DNA of 64,000 bases, taken from the NCBI GenBank assembly GCA_964354085.1, contig CAYGYA010000049.1, forward strand, positions 3,887 through 67,886, read 5' to 3'. Each line of letters opens with the position of its first letter. The first letter of the stretch is position 1. The translations under genes were made by a program, and so were the position numbers. The stretch is from an uncultured Methanosarcinales archaeon. GTDB lineage: Archaea > Nanobdellota > Nanobdellia > Woesearchaeales > SM23-78. This document shows positions 57,328-64,000 of the stretch, one piece after another. The notes under the pieces were generated by a model, which saw only the letters and a program-made list of their open reading frames with translations, made no database searches and had not been told where the DNA came from.

Positions 57328-58035
57328 CTAGGTGATAAATCCATTATCCTTCAGGAACTTGAAGCCCAGCTTTCTTAATTCCTTCAGCTCCCAAAGCGTG
57401 TGAGCATCGCTGTTAACATACACCTGATCTGCTTTTGATAGCATCAGCTTTATTGCTTCCAGATGCTTGGCTGAGTTATCAGCGTATTTCGCAGGATTAT
57501 CACCAATTAAAAGGTATTTGCAGTTCAGCTCCAATGGTATCTTGTATTTATTAGCTAGCTCCACTATCTTGGCAATATCAAGTTCTGTTCCCTCGAGAAA
57601 AGACAAGTGCAAGTGGCCTATCATCTTGATAATATCATGATGCCTTTCAATTGCATTAATAAATGCTTGCGTCAACTTTTTTTTATCCCCCTTATAAACA
57701 TTCTTGTGATGTGATAGTATGTTAAAATCTGCATTCTTATTCTGGATATGGTCGCATATGCCTCCTTTCTCATTCATCAGGTCTGCTTCAACTCCAAAAA
57801 TCACTTCCACTTTGTTAATAACGTTTTGCCATCTACCAGCTTTAATAATTGTCCTGAAAGTCTTTTTTGGAATGCCTTCTGCATCAAGAGCGGCCTAGGA
57901 ATGGTCTGCAAAAACAAGCTTTTTCATGCCAATTTCGCCGGCATACCTAACCATCTCGTCAATAGTGTTAAATCCATCTGAGAAATTTAACGAATGCACA
58001 TGATAATCTTCTTTTTCAGTATTCAGAATTTTCAT
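57328..58035 (-). pseudogene. PHP-family (histidinol-phosphatase-like) phosphoesterase with an in-frame TAG at 57895..57897
   Basis: The minus-strand frame from the Met at 58035 reads MKILNTEKEDYHVHSLNFSDG...KKLVFADHS*AALDAEG... and continues in the same frame into ORF 57328..57810 (…DAHTLWELKELRKLG). YHVHS is the PHP HxH. Confidence 0.5.
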
Positions 58036-58059
58036 TTTAGCACGTTACCTCTTTCATCC

Positions 58060-58698
58060 TCAGAATCCATGCTGTTCTCTCTTGTCTTTTCTTCTCCGGT
58101 CTTCAAGCCATTTGAAAACAGTTGAGTGCATGCTTCCCTTGATTAAGAACTCAATTGCCCTCTTTGCACTGGTTACTCCGCTGCACTCTCCAATAATGCC
58201 TATGGTCTTGCCATAGACGCACACTTCAGTGCCTGTGAGCTCTTCAACCACTCGCCTTGCTTTGCCTCCTGTTCCTATCACTCTTGCTTTAACCCTTGCG
58301 AGCTTGTTAGGCTTGTCAAGGCCATAATCCTTGAGATTGATTATTTCAAGCATATAATCAGGCTTTAATAGCAGGCTAGCAGTCTCTGGGCTAAATCCTC
58401 TTGCAATTGCCTGGATGATCTCCCTGAGCTCAAAAAGCTTCAAGGCATCCTTGCCAGTAATAACAACATCTCCCTCAGTAGAATCAACATCAATCTTTGA
58501 GCCAGACCAATCTTCCAAGTCATGCTTGTCCTTGCCCTTGACACCTATGAGAACAGCAATCCTGTCCCTGGGTATTTTGATAGTGTGAGAATAATCAGAG
58601 CCTTCAGCCAAATAATTATTAGTGTACTCAGTCTCTTCAGTCTCTTCTGGCTCAGAACTTGCTTCAACTGATTCTTCCTGCTTCTTTTTTCTTGGCAT
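58060..58698 (-). CDS. KH-domain RNA-binding protein (Dim2/Pno1-like)
   Basis: Acidic N-terminal tail, then two KH modules (IKIPRDRIAVLIGVKGK and RVIGTGGKARRVVEELTG, each with a GxxG loop). Adjacent to the RIO kinase as in archaeal ribosome-biogenesis clusters. Confidence 0.65.
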   Translation of the reverse strand: MPRKKKQEESVEASSEPEETEETEYTNNYLAEGSDYSHTIKIPRDRIAVLIGVKGKDKHDLEDWSGSKIDVDSTEGDVVITGKDALKLFELREIIQAIARGFSPETASLLLKPDYMLEIINLKDYGLDKPNKLARVKARVIGTGGKARRVVEELTGTEVCVYGKTIGIIGECSGVTSAKRAIEFLIKGSMHSTVFKWLEDRRRKDKREQHGF

Positions 58699-58847
58699 AA
58701 ATGAGCGGAGACAGATTTTTTTTATAAATGTTTGCCAAATGATAAGTTTTCATAACTTTGTCGTGTCAACGGTTCTTTTTAAATGAATGCAATTCACTGG
58801 GCCGGTACAAGAAATTTTTATAAACATCAACAACATCCTGTTCTTGC

Positions 58848-59258
58848 ATGGAACTCACAAAACCAATGATTATAAAGAGAAATGAGACCAACAAAATAGC
58901 AACTTCCAGCGGAGAATTCCTTGAATATATTAGCTGGAAGCAATGCAAAGAACTGGCAGTTGGCATTGGCGTGCATAATTCTAGGTTTCCAAAACAAGGA
59001 TTCCTTGTAAATAATAAAGTGAGTGAGATGATTTGGCTATTAAAAGGAGCAGGCAGCATTGTAGTTAAGCAAGGAACAAAGGAGCAGAAGCTGCCCCTAG
59101 AAAAAGATGCCTTGGTTTTCATTCCAAAGAAAACACCTTTTTATTTTGAGCCAGAGCCTTCAATGGAGATTCTGTCAGCAACAGGACCTGCATGGTATCC
59201 TAAGCAACAAAAAGGCTTGGATTACAGAAGAAAAGAGTCTGGAAGGATGATTCTTTGA
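58848..59258 (+). CDS. hypothetical protein (possible cupin-like small barrel)
   Basis: 136 aa. Weak cupin-like pattern (GSIVVKQG...LVFIPKKTPFYFE). Confidence 0.3.
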   Translation: MELTKPMIIKRNETNKIATSSGEFLEYISWKQCKELAVGIGVHNSRFPKQGFLVNNKVSEMIWLLKGAGSIVVKQGTKEQKLPLEKDALVFIPKKTPFYFEPEPSMEILSATGPAWYPKQQKGLDYRRKESGRMIL

Positions 59259-59293
59259 TTAAATTTATTAAGACAATCAAATAACTTCTAATA

Positions 59294-59866
59294 ATGAAAT
59301 TAATCTTGACAAGGCACGGAGAGACTATTGAAAACAAGCTTGGCATCTGCCAAGGCCATCTCCCAGGCAGCCTCTCTGGGGAAGGGCTTGCTCAGGCAAA
59401 AAAAGTTGCTCTTAGACTAAAAGATGAGAAAATCGATATAATCTATTCCAGTGACCTTGAGCGCGCAGCTGCGACTGCCAGGGAAATCATGAGATACCAT
59501 CCAGATACTCCTGCTTATTTTGTTCCTCAGTTGAGAGAAAGGGATTTTGGCAGCTATTCTGGCAAGAAATCTGATGAGCTAGACTGGAAACATACTCCGC
59601 CAGATGTGGAAACTCTGGAACAACTAAGAAAAAGAGCTGCTCTTTTCCTAGATAAACTTTATCAGTCTCATAGCCAACAGAATGTACTCTGCGTAGCTCA
59701 CGCTGGAATAAACAAAGAGTTCATAGCAGTCATCATGGACAAGCCAGCTGATTATGTTCGAGAGCTAGAGCAGCAGCACAACACTGCAATCAACATCTTT
59801 GACATAGGTGAAAATGGCAACCACAAGATTCATTTATTGAATTGCAAGAAACATCTTGAAGAATAA
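59294..59866 (+). CDS. histidine phosphatase family protein (phosphoglycerate-mutase-like)
   Basis: N-terminal LILTRHGET (RHG catalytic His), second His region CVAHAG. 190 aa. Confidence 0.7.
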   Translation: MKLILTRHGETIENKLGICQGHLPGSLSGEGLAQAKKVALRLKDEKIDIIYSSDLERAAATAREIMRYHPDTPAYFVPQLRERDFGSYSGKKSDELDWKHTPPDVETLEQLRKRAALFLDKLYQSHSQQNVLCVAHAGINKEFIAVIMDKPADYVRELEQQHNTAINIFDIGENGNHKIHLLNCKKHLEE

Positions 59867-60571
59867 TCATTTCTTCAAAATCTCATCAAGAACTTCTTTT
59901 TCATCAGCTTTTACTCCGAGCCTCTTGAAGAATTTGACAATATTATGTATGTCTCTTTCCATGAACTCTCTTGCCTGGGGGTGCTGGGTTGTTGTTGCCT
60001 GGCTCAGGTCAATAAAAACAGGCTCTTCCTCAAAGTTGAGTATGTTGAATTCTGACAAATCAGCATGGACAATGCCAACATCATACAATGCCTTGATGCT
60101 CTTAATTGTTCTCTTAAAGAAATCCTTGGGATTCTTGGGCTTTTCATTCTTTAGCATTGGAGCAAGCTCATTATCCCTGCCAATGAACTCCATGACCAGG
60201 ATGTTGTCTTTCACAGTTATTGGCTTTGGCACACGGATAACTTCCCGTGCTTTGAGCAGATTACGATATTCTCTCTGAACCCAGGAAAATATTACCAAGC
60301 GCCTTCTCTTTTTCAAGCCAGCAAACCTAGGGTCAGGAGCAATATACCTGTACATCTGGTTAAAGTTGCAGTTCTCAAGTCGATAAACCTTGACAATGAC
60401 TGTGTCCTCGCCTTTGCTCGCAGTGAATATGTTAGCTTCCTTGCCAAGGGCTATTGGGCTTTGCAATTCATCAAAGTGGCCTTCGCTCCTGAGCTTCTCA
60501 AGATTCAGGAGAGCTAGCTGGTCAAATACGTTCTTGTAAGTCTTCCATTCTTCACGTGATTCTCTTGGCAT
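59867..60571 (-). CDS. rio: RIO-type serine/threonine protein kinase
   Basis: Glycine-rich loop LGKEANIF, catalytic loop IVHADLSEFNIL, metal-binding D in IDLSQA. 234 aa. Confidence 0.85.
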   Translation of the reverse strand: MPRESREEWKTYKNVFDQLALLNLEKLRSEGHFDELQSPIALGKEANIFTASKGEDTVIVKVYRLENCNFNQMYRYIAPDPRFAGLKKRRRLVIFSWVQREYRNLLKAREVIRVPKPITVKDNILVMEFIGRDNELAPMLKNEKPKNPKDFFKRTIKSIKALYDVGIVHADLSEFNILNFEEEPVFIDLSQATTTQHPQAREFMERDIHNIVKFFKRLGVKADEKEVLDEILKK

Positions 60572-60610
60572 AAAACATAGAATAAATTATGGGTTTAAAA
60601 AATGTTGCGT

Positions 60611-62026
60611 TTAGAAACGATTATTTCTATCGTGAAAATCACCAGGCCTAAAACCTCTGTATTTTCTCTCATCATATATGTCAAATCTTTCTCCTAGCGC
60701 GTCAACTCCAAAACCTAATCCTGCGCCTGCTGCAGCTCCTGCAAGGCTCCATAAGACTACCATGTACCATTTTGAGGGATGAACATCAAATCCTCCTTTG
60801 AAGTTCTTTGAATAAGCTTTCTGTGTCTCTGATATTATCTGCCTTTTCAGGCTTCTTGCACTTGTGCTTCCTTTTTTTCCATTCAAGGTTACATCAATGT
60901 ATTCAACAATTTTCTGATGAAGTTTTGGTGCAAATGTCTTTACATAATCAATTCCTTCCTTGATCTGGGATATGCTTTGTTCTAAGGTTCTCCCATCATC
61001 AAGAGTTTTTTCTGCAGCCTGGAATTCAATAGGGCCAGAATCAGAGCGTGAAAAAGTAATGTAAGAAGTGCTGTGGGCTCTTGTTTTTGCCTTGTTCCAT
61101 AATGGGGAATCGCTGTTCAAAGCATACATCATTTCAGTAATCCTAGGCATATTTGTATTAACTGTTGAGCCACTTGCCCATGTTCCAGCATATTTAGTTA
61201 GCTCTTCTGGTGCAAGCCTTTTTCCTTTTAGCTTTTTTTCCCTGCTTTTTTCTATTGCAGATTCATTATCTGCATGGGTTACTGGCGAAACAATGAATTT
61301 TTCTTTTAGCTCTAAGCGGGGATGCTTGGCTAATAGGTCATCCAATGATATTGATGCAGCTTCTCCTGATTTCTTATCATAGCTGTATGAATGGATTGTA
61401 TAATCATACACATATTCTGATTCAGTATGAGTGTTTCCGTCTGAGTCAGTTTCTGTATGTGTTTCCCAGTGGCCAACATCCACGTGGCTATCATTCCACG
61501 CAGAGTCAAAATGATTATTCACTTGCTTTATCCTGCCAAGCACTTCAAGGAAATCCTTTAGTTTTATAAGTGCAGTATCAGCTTGATTAGGAAGGGCTTT
61601 TGTGAAGTCTGTAATCTCATAGTGATGGATTCTCATTGATGGGTCAATCCTGTTCTCAAGCTCTCTTGCAAACGAAGCTGTGTTGCTTCCAAACAAAGAA
61701 AACTGGTTTGATATGTTCCAGCTCTCAAAAACCTTCATAGCTAAATCATTGGTGCTTGCATAGTATCTTGTCAGGGTAGGCACTTCTGTTTTTTGCTTTT
61801 CTGCCTCTTTTTCTATCTGTGATATTTCAGAAAATGCTACAGGTATTATTTTTCCCTTTGTATTCTCAAAATGCAAGCTGAGCGGCAATGCAACTAAGAG
61901 TCCAATTCCTGCACCTATACCAATCTCTGCCGGGGTATCCCTTAGAAAACCTTTGAATCCCCCCCAATAGTCGCTAATTTTCTCTTTCAGTTCGAGTTTT
62001 AGCTTATCTAAATCCATTTTAAGCAC
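60611..62026 (-). CDS. hypothetical protein with N- and C-terminal transmembrane segments
   Basis: 471 aa. N-terminal TM (IGIGAGIGLLVALPL) and C-terminal TM (YMVVLWSLAGAAAGAGLGFGV) flank a large soluble domain. Confidence 0.4.
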   Translation of the reverse strand: MLKMDLDKLKLELKEKISDYWGGFKGFLRDTPAEIGIGAGIGLLVALPLSLHFENTKGKIIPVAFSEISQIEKEAEKQKTEVPTLTRYYASTNDLAMKVFESWNISNQFSLFGSNTASFARELENRIDPSMRIHHYEITDFTKALPNQADTALIKLKDFLEVLGRIKQVNNHFDSAWNDSHVDVGHWETHTETDSDGNTHTESEYVYDYTIHSYSYDKKSGEAASISLDDLLAKHPRLELKEKFIVSPVTHADNESAIEKSREKKLKGKRLAPEELTKYAGTWASGSTVNTNMPRITEMMYALNSDSPLWNKAKTRAHSTSYITFSRSDSGPIEFQAAEKTLDDGRTLEQSISQIKEGIDYVKTFAPKLHQKIVEYIDVTLNGKKGSTSARSLKRQIISETQKAYSKNFKGGFDVHPSKWYMVVLWSLAGAAAGAGLGFGVDALGERFDIYDERKYRGFRPGDFHDRNNRF

Positions 62027-62151
62027 ATCAAAACCAGGTTATTTATAAAAATTTCGATATTTAACCATCTGAAAGTAGTTACAAAACAAGAGAATGTGTT
62101 TCAAAAAGAACTAATAAAAGAATTAAATAAAAAAATTTGAAAATAATTTAT

Positions 62152-63453
62152 TTACAAGTCATCGCTTATCAATACGTTGACTCTGCCTTGGCTCTTGATT
62201 TTTGTGTCCATGGCCACTAGGAAGCTTACATTTGCTCTTTCTGCTACCATGAGCAAGTCCTTATCTATGATTCCGTCAAGAACAATTGTGTATATTCCTG
62301 ATCTCAGGCTCTTGATTGTGCCTTGGAGCTCTGACAATGGGACTTTTCCGAGAATATTGAGCTTCTCATCAAGCAGGTAAGCTCCTCTTGTTCCTATTAA
62401 GTCTTCGAGCATTTCCTCAAAAACTTCTTTCTCATGAGGTGTTGCCTCTTTTGGCTTGCCTACAGGTGCTTGTGGCGACTGTATTGGAGGCCTTGGCTGT
62501 TGTTGCTGCATTGGAGGCCTCCTGTCTCCTCCTCGGTCTCCGCGGTTGTCCCTGAAGTCTCTTACAGGAGCTTGCTGAGGAGCTCTTCTCTCTTCGATCC
62601 TTTCTCCTCTTCCTCCTTCTGTGGTAACATCTGTTTTTGCCTGCTCAAATGCAACTCTTGCCCTTAGTGCCTTGTGTATTTCTTTCTTGGTCAGCTCTTC
62701 TACTTCTTTGCCATCAGGTGCTTTGGTCACAAAGTCTATCTCTGCAACTCCTCCGAGCTCTTTGAGTATTAAGTCTCCTCCTCGGTCTCCGTCAACAAAT
62801 GCTGTCAAGGTCTTTTTCTTGCTCAATTCTATAATTGTTTCTGGGACACTGGTGCCGTTCATTGCAATCACGTTCTTGAAGCCTTGCTTTAATAGGTTGA
62901 GAACATCTGCTCTTCCTTCAACAACAATAACTTCGTCGCTCTCATCTACTGAAGGTCCTGCTGGCAACCTGTCCTTGCCATATTCCTGAATTTCCATAAC
63001 CCTGACTGCATATGATACTTCATCTGCCAGTTCCTGGCTGTCAGGCATTACTGACTCTATCAGTTCTTTCAAGAGCTCTTTTGCCCTGTCAATAACAAAC
63101 TGCCTCTTGGAAACTCTTACATCCTCAATATTAGCTACTTTTATCTTTGCATTGCAAGGTCCTATCCTCTGGATTACTTCAAGGCTTGCAGCTACTATGC
63201 ATGTCTCTGATTTATCTAAAGAACTAGGAACAATAATCACACCTGCTGATTTTCCGCTCTTAGTGTCAATATTAACTTCTATTCTTCCTATTCTTCCGCT
63301 TCTCTGAAGTTCTCTTAGCTCCAAATCCGCTCCTAAAAGCCCTTCTGTCTGGCCAAATATTGCGCCTATCACATCAGGCCTGTCTACTACTCCTTCAATC
63401 TGTATCTCAGCATGAACAATATATTTTGCTGATACTTGTGCTATCTTTGCCAT
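62152..63453 (-). CDS. dnaG: archaeal DnaG-type primase (TOPRIM) with RG/Q-rich low-complexity insertion
   Basis: TOPRIM core VIVVEGRADVLNLLKQGFKNVIAMNGT and FVDGDRGGD, and an archaeal DnaG N-terminal region. A ~60-aa insertion is rich in R, G, Q and P (RGERIEERRAPQQAPVRDFRDNRGDRGGDRRPPMQQQQPRPPIQSPQAPV). Confidence 0.85.
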   Translation of the reverse strand: MAKIAQVSAKYIVHAEIQIEGVVDRPDVIGAIFGQTEGLLGADLELRELQRSGRIGRIEVNIDTKSGKSAGVIIVPSSLDKSETCIVAASLEVIQRIGPCNAKIKVANIEDVRVSKRQFVIDRAKELLKELIESVMPDSQELADEVSYAVRVMEIQEYGKDRLPAGPSVDESDEVIVVEGRADVLNLLKQGFKNVIAMNGTSVPETIIELSKKKTLTAFVDGDRGGDLILKELGGVAEIDFVTKAPDGKEVEELTKKEIHKALRARVAFEQAKTDVTTEGGRGERIEERRAPQQAPVRDFRDNRGDRGGDRRPPMQQQQPRPPIQSPQAPVGKPKEATPHEKEVFEEMLEDLIGTRGAYLLDEKLNILGKVPLSELQGTIKSLRSGIYTIVLDGIIDKDLLMVAERANVSFLVAMDTKIKSQGRVNVLISDDL

Positions 63454-64000
63454 TTTAAATCACCTTTATATTAATTTTAAACATTATTTTAGTCCGCCTG
63501 GGGCCTGTTAATCTTTTAGTTTTCTTAACTTAAACTTAGTTTTAGGCGCCTCATTCGCCGGCGGGGCTCACTTACTTTCTAGCTTTTCAGAAGGAGTCTA
63601 ATTTATCATCTGCTAGCACAAGCTTATAATACCTGCAATGTTCAGTTATAATATTTATGAGCATGGTGTAATAGCAAATAATTGCTCCTTCTTTAGAACA
63701 AGCACCTAAAACTTTTCCCTTACTCTCTCTTTTTCCTTTTCAAAAATAAAAAATCCTTCTTATCCATGAATACTTTCTGAATAATTGAAGTGAGTATGAT
63801 GAAAAGGCTTTTTGTGCCTGTTCCCTATCTGTCTTTCTTTCTAACTTTTGTCTTTTTTCTGACTTTCGTTGTACTTGATTGAACATTAAAGCTAATTGTA
63901 GCCCAACACTAACTCACAATGCTCACAGCCAAAAGCTTTGTGCTTAGGCTCGCATGAGCAACTCTGTGCCGGGCCAAAGAAAAGGTAGTGGTCAGGGGTT

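Noticed and set aside
57895-57897. TAG as a recoded (e.g. pyrrolysine) codon in the PHP gene
   Set aside because: TAG terminates at least two well-supported genes in this window (5780..5782 and 16065..16067), and no pyl genes are present. A nonsense mutation or sequencing error is more parsimonious.

Overview
This is an AT-rich, densely coded chromosomal segment that looks archaeal. Transcription and translation markers are TFS, aRF1 with NIKS and GGQ motifs, adjacent Nop5 and fibrillarin, deoxyhypusine synthase plus aIF5A, and L40e. Replication and ribosome-biogenesis markers are topoisomerase VI B/A, archaeal DnaG primase, RIO kinase beside a KH/Dim2-like protein, and an NMD3-like protein. 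An S26 signal peptidase and two intron-containing tRNAs on the minus strand are also present. Lineage cannot be fixed from sequence alone, but the small lysine-rich proteins and tRNA introns would fit a small-genome, DPANN-like archaeon. Housekeeping genes include prs, cysS, pyrG, CorA, an S2P protease, PfkB kinase, SpoU and SAM methyltransferases, HD and PHP phosphoesterases, and TtuA/NcsA and ThiI-like PP-loop enzymes. The stand-out is a ~9 kb island at 13.0-22.2 kb. It holds a KamA-family radical-SAM aminomutase fused in frame to a D-Ala-D-Ala-ligase-like ATP-grasp domain, then two more Ddl-like ATP-grasp paralogs. After an embedded pyrG come a hexapeptide acyltransferase, an AcpS-type phosphopantetheinyl transferase, an FkbH-like glyceryl-loading protein and a small carrier protein. 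Carrier-protein-dependent tailoring next to a beta-amino-acid-generating enzyme is very unusual for an archaeon and is a candidate undescribed biosynthetic system. Other oddities are a Ski2/Hel308-type helicase missing its RecA1 half beside the tRNAs, a gene frameshifted by a perfect 17-nt tandem duplication, and a PHP gene with an in-frame TAG. There is also a stand-alone Cas4-like nuclease, and a DnaG carrying an RG/Q-rich insertion that duplicates its TOPRIM-motif DNA. No CRISPR array, integrase or transposase was seen. All functional calls rest on motif recognition by eye in the supplied translations; no database search was run.
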